DNA of 64,000 nucleotides from positions 2,304,001-2,368,000 of the forward strand of contig OZ242214.1 of assembly GCA_965206595.1 (NCBI GenBank), read 5' to 3'. A program made the translations under genes and the position numbers. Shown in pieces: positions 1-9,000 of the stretch. How positions within the stretch are numbered: the stretch's first letter is position 1; every line of letters begins with the position of its first letter. This DNA is from Candidatus Latescibacterota bacterium (GTDB taxonomy: Bacteria; Latescibacterota; UBA2968; UBA8231). The notes beneath the pieces are model-generated. The model ran no database searches. It had not been told where the DNA came from and worked only from the letters and a program-made list of their open reading frames with translations.

Positions 1-2
1 AA

Positions 3-569
3 GGCATTCAGGCCGGTGCCGTGAACGTGGCGCGCACAGTGGAGGGCGCCCAGATCGGCCTTGTCAACGTTTCAGAAACCATCGAGGGACCGTCGATCGG
101 CCTGTTCACCTACTCGAGGAACGGCCTGTTCAACCTCAGTGTCTGGGGCGATGAAACCGGCCTCTACCATCTGACCGCGACCACCGGCAGCCGCAGCGTC
201 TTCACCTCCCTGTCGGCCGGTTTCACGCCGCTGAAATCGAAAAGGGCCTACTCGTTCGGATTGGGCACCGGGATGCACTTCGACCGGGATCCCGACTTCC
301 TCGAGGTCGACATCAACAATTATTTCGTCGTGGATGAATTCGACGAATCGGACCAGGACCAGAACGTCAACAACCTGTCCCGGCTGCGGGCCTCCGTCGG
401 ATACGAGGCGGTGCCGGGGATTGCATTCTTTGGCGGAATTTCCTGCAACCTGCTGTGGATGGGGGAGGATTCACAGGTGACGCGTCCCGAGGGGGATTAC
501 GAGATCGAGATCGGCGATGAGTACCGAGGCTGGGTGGGATTCCACGCGGGAATGCGCATGGGGCGGTGA
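3..569 (+). CDS. C-terminal part of LA_2272-like repeat surface/outer-membrane protein (5' end outside window)
   Basis: Frame open from window start; G-x-Q-x-G-x-V-N repeats (GIQAGAVNV, GAQIGLVNV) followed by a beta-strand-rich C-terminus. Confidence 0.6.
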   Translation, partial: GIQAGAVNVARTVEGAQIGLVNVSETIEGPSIGLFTYSRNGLFNLSVWGDETGLYHLTATTGSRSVFTSLSAGFTPLKSKRAYSFGLGTGMHFDRDPDFLEVDINNYFVVDEFDESDQDQNVNNLSRLRASVGYEAVPGIAFFGGISCNLLWMGEDSQVTRPEGDYEIEIGDEYRGWVGFHAGMRMGR

Positions 570-696
570 GTGAAGGGGGGGACGGTTGAAGGCAGGCACT
601 TTCTTCAGCTCAGCTGCCCACCGTGTTCAATCGTTTCCTAATCGGTGGGGACAATATAATATGCTTCCCCGCCCCGGCGATTTATTGGCAGCGTCT

Positions 697-1041
697 CTAT
701 GCCTCTTCTCCAACGATGTCTTTCAGTTGCTGGATGAGGGGAGGCAAGTCAGTCTCAACTATCTTCCACAGGATATCGAGATTGACGTCATCGTAGCCGT
801 GAACCAGGCGGTTGCGCATTCCGATGATTTGGGGCCATTGGATTTCCGGGTGAGACTGCTGTGTCTCCTCGGAAACGCGATTGGCCGCTTCGCCAAGAAT
901 CTCCACCAATTTCTGCATGGCGAGTTGCATTACTCGATCTTTTTCAAAATCCTTCAGACTTGTCTGGCCGGACAAGGCGGCGGCTTCCCTGGCGTAGATG
1001 AGCATATCCACAAGTCTTACCTGATCATCACGTCTGCTCAT
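697..1041 (-). CDS. hepT: HepT-like (DUF86/HEPN) ribonuclease toxin
   Basis: RNRLVHGY matches the HEPN RX4HXY motif; ATG at 1041 overlaps the end of the upstream MNT gene. Confidence 0.88.
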   Translation of the reverse strand: MSRRDDQVRLVDMLIYAREAAALSGQTSLKDFEKDRVMQLAMQKLVEILGEAANRVSEETQQSHPEIQWPQIIGMRNRLVHGYDDVNLDILWKIVETDLPPLIQQLKDIVGEEA

Positions 1042-1339
1042 ACTGAATCTCCGCGGAATTGAGAATCTCCTCCCGGAGCACCCAATTGCGGCTTCTTTCG
1101 ATACCCCTGAAAGTGTGCATATCCACTCGCTGGCCAAATATCTCCGACAATTCGTCCTGCATGGTGATGAACTCCAGTCCAGGCGTCCGGCCGGGTGCGA
1201 ACTCGACCAGCACATCGATGTCGCTCTCGGGCGTGAAATCATCGCGCAGCACCGAGCCGAACAGGGCCATGCGCCGGATGTGATGGCGGCGGCAAAATTC
1301 GGCAATCCTGTTTTTGGGAATGTCGATCCTCGTGCTCAT
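1028..1339 (-). CDS. mntA: Minimal nucleotidyltransferase antitoxin (MntA-like)
   Basis: LFGSVLRDDFTPESDIDVLVEF matches GSX10DXD; 103 aa, directly upstream of HEPN gene. Confidence 0.9.
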   Translation of the reverse strand: MSTRIDIPKNRIAEFCRRHHIRRMALFGSVLRDDFTPESDIDVLVEFAPGRTPGLEFITMQDELSEIFGQRVDMHTFRGIERSRNWVLREEILNSAEIQYEQT

Positions 1340-1467
1340 GTAGTTATCTCCGACCAGGCAAACTGTTTCAGATCATTTCAGGCTCGCCATGAACTTTCAA
1401 TCGAAAAATCGCTTCAGGGCAAATAGGTATGGAGCAAGTTCCATCGCGCTCCCTGCTTTATTTGTCG

Positions 1468-2802
1468 TCAGGCTTCCGAAAGCTTTTCCATCATGGGCCG
1501 AATCATTTCATTTAATTTCTCCTTGAGGACCTGCAGATCCCGACCCATGTATTGGAAATTAAAAAAACGAATTCTAGATTTTCTTCTTGTGTTGAACTCA
1601 GCCCTAAAATTTCCAAACATTCCCATCCGAGTCCGTTTCATTGTCAATCCGCAAGGAAATTTTTTCGCCATGCTTTCCCTTGAAGTTTTCCAATGTGGAC
1701 ATTATGTGAGTGAAAATGGAAATTGCATTTTCTGGCCAGTCATCTTTTCTCTCCTCAAGCTGAAATATTTGGATTTGGCTGTTAGTGTCCCTTACAGCTG
1801 AATCCCCGGAAACTTCGATTTCCTGGAATGCCTTGGAAAACATTGTGACCTTCTCTTCGCAAAAGAGTAGAAGGGATTCAGCACCTGCTCTCCATACGCC
1901 CTTGCATCGATTGTGCCGCTCATAACCTTCTGCAAGAAGAGTGCGATCTCCATGTCTATATCCTCGACGTCTTCAATACTTTCTCCACGGGCGGCCTTCA
2001 GGTGGAGATTCAGGGCGTACCTGCAACAGCCGGCAAGAAATGCGATGAATTCCCCCAGATCTTCGCTCTGGTCGGCCTGCTCCAGCATTTCGATGTACCG
2101 GCTTCTCTCATCCCTGGGTACGATCGCAACGGTGTACCCGTGCTTGATCAGGATCATGTTCATAAGGAGCCGCGCCATGCGCCCGTTCCCGTCGTCAAAA
2201 GGATGGATGCGCACAAAGCGGTAGTGAAATGTAGCCGCAACGACTATGGGATGCTCGCCCTCCTTCTCCTTGGTTCTGTACCAGTCAATCAGGTCGGTCA
2301 TCGCCGGTTTCACCTGCTCCGGCGGTGTATAGTGGTATATCTCGCCGGTTGAGGTCAGCACGGTATTCGGCTGCGTTTTGTAGTCTCCGATAGCGACCAG
2401 CCGCTTCGCAGGCTGTCCGTCGAGTGTCACTGCTTCGACTTCATAGGGCTCCTTCAGCAAAATCCTGTGAAGATTGCGGATGAAGACCTCGCTGAATGCC
2501 TCGTCCGTCTTCGCCGCTTCCTCCATCGCCTTTACCGCCTCGTTGTGTCCCTCGATGTCGAGATGATCCCGCATCGGCTTGCCGCGGGCGGTGAGTCCGT
2601 GAAGGATCAGGCTCCTCGTTTCTCCGAGGGTCAGGCTGTTGCCTTCCAAGGCATTGGAGTGATAGTTGGAATCGATCCTGAGCTTTTGCCCAACTCGATC
2701 CACCACACCGGATGGCAGCGGCCTAAACTCTTCCAGTTCCCTCTTCAACCGGTCGATCTCTTCGATTATAGTCGAGCCGGTCGGTCCGTCGTTGTCGTTC
2801 AT
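1468..2802 (-). CDS. Fic family protein with AT-rich C-terminal extension, apparently split by two frameshifts (~1860 and ~1607)
   Basis: HPFDDGNGRMAR Fic motif and SNALEGN inhibitory motif in ORF 1792-2802; ORFs 1604-1843 and 1468-1671 continue in other frames across A/T runs. Confidence 0.8.
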
Positions 2803-2854
2803 GATCCCCCCGTTACGGCTTGCGGCGTATCCTCAGGGATGAACCCCACCCCGG

Positions 2855-3829
2855 TCACAGCGGCAGCCGCGTCCCGATGCCGGCTTCTACCGCAACACGG
2901 TACACGCGGATGGCGGTAGCCATGTCCTCCAGGGCGATGCCGAGGTTCATGGCGATTATTCGTTCGTCCTCCCGCTCGCGGCCCGGCTTGAGGCCGGCGG
3001 CGAGCTCCCCCATGTCGGCGTACGCCTGCGGCGTCTGCCCGAAGTACCCTTCCCCCCGGTAGTACTCCATCTGGGCGAGGTCGTCGGTGGCGATCTTGTC
3101 CGCCTGCTCCAGGGCCGCCCCCTGCCAGTAGGAATCGAAGTCGACGGCGCTGGCGAAGCCCCCGGGCTCGAGCCAGTCCGCGGCGATGGCGGGTTCGGGG
3201 TTCTTTAGTATCGGTCCCGCGGTGACGACGAGGTCGGCGCCCCGCAAGGCATCGCGCGGGTCGGCCGCCGGCACTACCTCCAGGCCAAGCTGATCCTGTA
3301 TGTCGAAGGCGTACTCCCTTACCCGCTCCGGGTGGGGGTCGAAGGCGCGCACCTTCTTCAGTTCGAACAGGGTGGCGAGGGCATGGGCGTTACTGCGGCC
3401 CTGGACGCCGCAGCCGAGGACGGCGACGGTCGAGCTGTCCGGGCGCGCCAGGTAGCGGGCGGCGAGAGCGGTCGCCGCGCCGGTGCGCATCGCCGTGATC
3501 CAGGTGGCGTCCATGACGGCGAGGGGAATCCCGGTCAGGGGATCGTTGAGCACCAGCAGCCCGGTGATGTAGGGGAGGCCGCGCGCCTGGTTGCCGGGGT
3601 ACCCGGAGACCCACTTCATGCCTGCCGCCTCCAGGCTGGGGATGTACGCCGGCATGGCGTGGATGAAAGCGTCGGGGCGCGTGTGGATTCCGGGTTTCGG
3701 CGGCATCTCGACGTTGCCCTGCCCCTTCTCCCGGAACATCTCCTCCAGGGCGGCGACGATGTCGGCCATCGGCAGGTCGACTGCCTCGATGTCCTCTCGC
3801 GACAGGTAGAGCAGGGTGGGTTGCGTCAT
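2855..3829 (-). CDS. Ornithine cyclodeaminase/mu-crystallin family protein
   Basis: AMPAY, GMKWVS, ITAMRTGAA, GCGVQG Rossmann motif, GIALED. Confidence 0.9.
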   Translation of the reverse strand: MTQPTLLYLSREDIEAVDLPMADIVAALEEMFREKGQGNVEMPPKPGIHTRPDAFIHAMPAYIPSLEAAGMKWVSGYPGNQARGLPYITGLLVLNDPLTGIPLAVMDATWITAMRTGAATALAARYLARPDSSTVAVLGCGVQGRSNAHALATLFELKKVRAFDPHPERVREYAFDIQDQLGLEVVPAADPRDALRGADLVVTAGPILKNPEPAIAADWLEPGGFASAVDFDSYWQGAALEQADKIATDDLAQMEYYRGEGYFGQTPQAYADMGELAAGLKPGREREDERIIAMNLGIALEDMATAIRVYRVAVEAGIGTRLPL

Positions 3830-3836
3830 TTTGTTC

Positions 3837-3932
3837 CTACCGGTTCTGCCAACCCCTGAAGTTTTCCATGTCCGGCAGGATCGCCTGGCCGCGCTCGAGG
3901 CGCTCGACCGGGATCTTCACCACTTCCCACAT
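3837..3932 (-). CDS. Putative 31-aa small protein MWEVVKIPVERLERGQAILPDMENFRGWQNR
   Basis: AGGAG Shine-Dalgarno 8 nt before ATG; stop lies 7 nt before the OCD-family start. Confidence 0.35.
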   Translation of the reverse strand: MWEVVKIPVERLERGQAILPDMENFRGWQNR

Positions 3933-3963
3933 GTTCTGTTCTCCTGAATCATAGTGTGATGGC

Positions 3964-4173
3964 TTACTCGCCAGTGACGATGTCGGAGCGCTCGCAGCCC
4001 AGCCCGGAGCACAGCTTGGAGACCTCCTCCTCCTCGACCTCGTTCTCGCCGTTGACGACGATGGCGGTGAGGCGCTCGTAGCTCAGGCCGACGGCGTTGG
4101 CGAGCTGAAACTTGAACAGGAAGTTCCGTGCCATCATGATGCGCTGCAGAGCTCTTAGGTCGATTCGCGGCAA
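3964..4173 (-). CDS. Small XRE/Cro-like helix-turn-helix protein
   Basis: GGAGG then TTG start; QLANAVGLSYERLTAI...VSKLCSGLGCERSDIV resembles HTH_3/HTH_26. Confidence 0.65.
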   Translation of the reverse strand: MPRIDLRALQRIMMARNFLFKFQLANAVGLSYERLTAIVVNGENEVEEEEVSKLCSGLGCERSDIVTGE

Positions 4174-4398
4174 CGGAACCTCCACATCATTGTGAAATTC
4201 GCCTGAGTCAGCCGGCAAGCGGCGCCGGTTGAGAAGGCCTGCCGGGGAAGGTAGCTTTGCGGGCGACGGAGTGAAATCACCCGCGCCGGAAAAAGTCAAG
4301 CCAATCCCCCCGGGCAACTACCTGCGACGCGGCCGCGGCCCGGACCCTCGCGGGCTGGGTTTAGGGGGCAACCTGAACGAAAAAGGGACGTAATCGAA

Positions 4399-5205
4399 AT
4401 GAAAGTCGGTGTGTACGCCTCGATGTTCGGCAAGGACGATCCGCCGTCGCTCGAGACAGTCGAGAGCTACATCGCCTGCTGCGCCGGGCTGAAGGTCGAG
4501 TCGATCGACTTCCTGGCGGGGCGCGGATGGGCTTCGCACGAGCCGGACTACCTGCTCGAGATCAAGATGAAGTGCCTGCGTGCCGGGCTGTCGATCGGCT
4601 ACCTCGCCTCGGGCGGCCATTTCGTCGGCAGCGACGAGGAGCTCGAGCGCAAGGTCGCCGTGACGCGGGAGCACGCGCGCATCGCCTCCTTCCTCGGGGC
4701 GCCGATGATTCGCGTGTTCTGCGGCCAAGCCCCCGAGACCGGGGAGGACCGGCAGCGGGAGATCCGCTGTTTCCAGCAGTCGTGCGATCACGCCGCCGAG
4801 GTGGGGATCGCCGTCGGCCTGCAGAACCATCCCTGCACCGGGGACGACATGCTGCGCATCCACGAGGGGGTCGGCCGCGCGAACTTCACCGTGATCATGG
4901 ACACCGGCCAGTGGCTGGGTTCGCCCGGCAGGCACAAGGGGGTCGGCGACCCGGCTCACGACATCTACCGCTACATGGAGCAGGTCGCCCCCCTGACCTC
5001 GCACGTGCGCGCCAAGTTCTACAAGATCGACAGCGGCAGGGAGGAGTGGCTCGACTACGGGCGCATCGCCGGCATCCTGAAGGCGGCCGGCTTCAACGGC
5101 ACCGTCGGGGTGGTGTTCGAGGGCCAGGACGTCAACAGCTGCGACGACCGGGAAGTGATCCGCCTCGCCGTGGCGCACCTGCGCGACACGATCGGGTCGT
5201 CATGA
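4399..5205 (+). CDS. Sugar phosphate isomerase/epimerase (AP-endonuclease-2 TIM barrel)
   Basis: LGAPMIRVF, GLQNH, MDTGQW, HVRAK, VVFEG pattern. Confidence 0.85.
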   Translation: MKVGVYASMFGKDDPPSLETVESYIACCAGLKVESIDFLAGRGWASHEPDYLLEIKMKCLRAGLSIGYLASGGHFVGSDEELERKVAVTREHARIASFLGAPMIRVFCGQAPETGEDRQREIRCFQQSCDHAAEVGIAVGLQNHPCTGDDMLRIHEGVGRANFTVIMDTGQWLGSPGRHKGVGDPAHDIYRYMEQVAPLTSHVRAKFYKIDSGREEWLDYGRIAGILKAAGFNGTVGVVFEGQDVNSCDDREVIRLAVAHLRDTIGSS

Positions 5206-6002
5206 TCAGGGAGATTCTCGGGGTGCGGCTGTTCGGGTACGGGGTGCCGTACCGGGCGCGGTTCCACGGCGGGGTCGTCGAGCCGCTGCAGACCGGTCCG
5301 GAGGCCGAGGCCGCGGACCTGGCGCAGGCGCTCGCCCGGCTGCGCGGAGCGCCGGGAACCAGCGAGAACGACGACGCCTGGGCGGTGTCGATGCCGTTCG
5401 GGCGCTGCGGCCTGAACGGGCTTCCGCGCGAGCACCTCCGGGTTTTCGCCGCCCGGGAAGCCTGGCTGGATCTGCTGACCTGGGAGGGACCTCGTGAGGT
5501 TGCCGTGAGCCCGGGACTGCCGGTCGCAATCGAACCGCAGAGCGTCGTGCGCCTGCGCGCCCGGCCGCAACCGGGGGGACGGGTTTTGGTCGCGTTCCAG
5601 ACGCAGGACCGCACCCCCCTGATGGGAAACGCCGCTCCCTTCACTCTGGACGGCGAGGTTCCCGACCGCTGGGACGAGCGCCTGCGCAAGGGGCACGAGG
5701 CATTCGCCGCGGTCGCCGGGCTCTGGTCCGGGGACCGTCCGGCGTACGAGGCGGCGCTGGAGCGATTCTTCGGTTCGATGGCGGAGGAGCTGGAGGGGGA
5801 CGACGCCGTGGCCGCGGTCTGCGAGGAGGCCCGGGGTGCCGGCTCCTACGACGCCGCGGACGAGGGCGTCTTCTTCGACTACCAGGAAGGGATGCTCGAC
5901 GAGCCGCTGCTGGCCCGCATCCGCGCGCAGGACCCGGAGATGTTCCGCTTTCCCGGGATGTTCGGCGGCATCGCGACGTTGTTCAAGCTTCCGCTACAGT
6001 GA
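5202..6002 (+). CDS. Hypothetical protein (266 aa)
   Basis: ATGA overlap with upstream stop; GC3-rich codon usage from MIREILGVRLF onward. Confidence 0.7.
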   Translation: MIREILGVRLFGYGVPYRARFHGGVVEPLQTGPEAEAADLAQALARLRGAPGTSENDDAWAVSMPFGRCGLNGLPREHLRVFAAREAWLDLLTWEGPREVAVSPGLPVAIEPQSVVRLRARPQPGGRVLVAFQTQDRTPLMGNAAPFTLDGEVPDRWDERLRKGHEAFAAVAGLWSGDRPAYEAALERFFGSMAEELEGDDAVAAVCEEARGAGSYDAADEGVFFDYQEGMLDEPLLARIRAQDPEMFRFPGMFGGIATLFKLPLQ

Positions 6003-6034
6003 GGTGCCCAGCGGGAAAACCTGCCAGGTTACTC

Positions 6035-9000
6035 TCAGACGGGTTCGAACACCAACTCCGGCACCACTACCTCCCAGGTTTCGCATTGCGCGTAATCCTG
6101 GTACTCCGGCTCCGATGCTTCGCGGCTCCGACCTATGACAGCGAGGACGTTGGCGGAGCCGTACCGCGTCCCTGGTGGGGATTCGAAGCCTTTTGCAAGA
6201 CGGCCGACCGCCGTACCTGACTCGTCCAGCAGATTCCAGCGTCCCTGTTCATCCACTCGTACTTCCAGAGGGTCCCCGGGAGACAGGACGGCGATGGCGC
6301 GATGCACCGGATGGTTGGCGTGGCGACGCCCTGCGAATCCCACGTCCGGACGGGGCCGCCTGTATCGACGTGCAAGCTCGGGAACTCTCGGCGGCAGAAC
6401 GCCGGAGGGGCGGTGCAGAACCGAGCCGTTGTTCGGAAAAGCAAATGGCAGTGGTGCCACCCGCGAGTATACGGGAGGGGCAGGCTCCCTTGCGAAATTC
6501 GGCCGGGTGGAGCTTTGCTGCGGCTGTGCTCCTTGAAAACGAACGAGAGCGAGGGTCTTCCTGGCACGAGTCATGGCCACGTAGTAAAGCCTGCGCGGCG
6601 CGTCCGGGTCTTCCCCCTTGTCGACGTCCACTTTGTCCCAGCCTCCGTCGAGCACCACAACGTGATCGAACTCCAATCCCTTGGCTCGATGTGCGCTCAG
6701 AAGCGTCAGCCCACGCGGGCGGCGGCGGACTTCCCGTCCCCATTCGGCCAGCCACTCGATGAAGTGATCGACCGGCACCTCCGCCCCCTCGCCAATTTCC
6801 AGCGCGTGTTCGTCCAAGCCTTCCCGCAACAGCTCGATCCAGGGTCCTCCGAAGGATCGTGCATTCATCCACCCACGGAGCTCTTTGTGGTCCACCAGCC
6901 GGGGGTTCCGGCCGTGCAGCCATTCAACAAGCGCCTGGGTCTCACGAAGGTGCCAGAAGCCCGGCATTTCTTCGTTCCCCATATGCACCTCGATACTGTG
7001 GACTTCGCAGAACGCTCTCACCGGCTCCAAGTACTTCCATTCTCGTGCGATCACGGCGCACCTGGACCAGTCCCAGTCTGGAGCAAGGCCGGCGAGTCGC
7101 AGAAGCTCCATCATCCCCACCTGCGCCTGCGCCACGAGATCCCCCGGCTTTGACACCGATAGAACCTGCACCCGGCCTTGAGAGACCGGATCCAGCTTAC
7201 TCCACTCACCTCCAGGCGGACTCTTCGCACGTGCCCGATCTATGCCGATGGGGTGTTCGTCCTTCATGCGCTCCCGGGCCGACTCGATCAGGGCATTGGC
7301 GGCGGCGATGATGTGGCCGGTGGAACGATAGTTGTCAATGAGAAATTCGGGCTTCGGCCCATAGTCCTTCTCGAAGCGGCGGATGAATTCCACCGAAGCT
7401 CCGTTGAACGCGTAGATATTCTGATCGTCGTCGCCCACGGCGAAGAGGGTGAGCTTGCGATCCTCATCTTTTTGGGTCCGTCCGGCCAAGGCCGATATCA
7501 GCTCGTACTGGTCGGCGTCGATGTCCTGGTACTCGTCGACCAGAATCCAGCGAAAACCGGCGAGAAGCCTGTCGCGTTGCTCGTCGGCTTCTTCCGGGGG
7601 CAGCCCCTCGCCCTGCAGCAGCGCTATCGCCTTCTGCAAAACTTCCTGAAACATCTTGTTTTCCGGACGCCCGGCTCCTCCACTGAAGCTCGCCCCTGCC
7701 AGGCGCATGGCGAGGCCGTGGCAGGTTAGCACCGTTACCCAGCGGGCATCCTCTCCAATCAGCTCCCCGAGACGGCGCCGGATCTCGACGGCGGCGTGCC
7801 GGTTGTAGGCGAGGGCCAGAATACCGCGGGGATTCTCGCGTTTCACGCGCACCAGGTAAGCGATCCGGTGCACCAGCACCCGCGTCTTTCCTGATCCGGG
7901 ACCGGCGAGAACTATTACGTTCTGGTCTCGATTATCCGCGACGATCCGCTGTTGGACGGGGTTCTTCAGGCTCTCGACGATGGCCCTCCACGATTCGGGG
8001 GTGGTCTCGCGCCGGAGCTCCTGATTCCGATCCGGCAGCCAGCGGTTAAGGAATTCCTGCTCGTTCAGGCCGAAGTAGTCCATTGCGAGCTGCAGTTCCT
8101 CGGCCATGGCCTCGAGACCCCGCCGCGCGAACTCGACCATGACGTGGATCTGCCGTACCTGCCCCTCGTAGTGGAGTTTGAGCGGCTCGAAGTCGGCGGC
8201 GGCGAAGCCTCTCCTCGGATTCTCGTCCGCAAGCCGGATGGTCATGGCGGGCCGGAACACCGCGAGACCCTTGTGGAGGCGAATGACCTCCTGCTCGTGC
8301 AACCACAGAAGCGCTCGGTCCAGGAGCTTTTGCGGATCCTTGACCCTGCTCTTCAGCACCAGATCGGAGGTGAGTGCCTCGAGCAATTTCCCGAGGGTGG
8401 TCTCGGCCAGGAGATCCGTACCCCGGCTCCCAGGCGGCAGGCTGGCGAGCAGGTGCTCGAGCAGGCGTCTCGAGCCCTCACGGCGCCGCGATGCGGTCTC
8501 CTCCAGGGCTGGCCAATCGCGTTGCAGGGTCACCTGCACGGTCTCCGCATCGCGCTTCCGGATCCCGAGGCTCCCGGAGCCGCCCCCCTCGCCGCGGCCG
8601 TCGGCGGCGATGCTGCGAAGAATGCGCCATAGCCGCTCGGGAAGGGGATCGACCACCCCCGCGTCGCGCAGGACTTGCGACGCGACTCGCAAGTGCAGGA
8701 TCGAGGCGTCTCCCTTGTCCATGTCCGGGGCCGCCAGACGGAGGTGCTCGATCAGGGCTTTCTCGAGACTCTCCGCCTCCTCAAGGCGCTTCCGCGAGCT
8801 TCTCTCCACCCCTGTATGGACGAAGGCGGTGAGCGCCGTATCGTTGCTCGCGATGCCGATTCGTTCCAGGTCGTAGAGAGCCGCGCGCACGCCTTCGGGG
8901 CTCAAGCCCGATACGCCCATCAGCTCATCGGTGGAGAGGCCTTCGTCCGGATCGGCGTCGATCAGCGTCTCGGCGATGGACAGCAGCTGGCTCCGATAGT

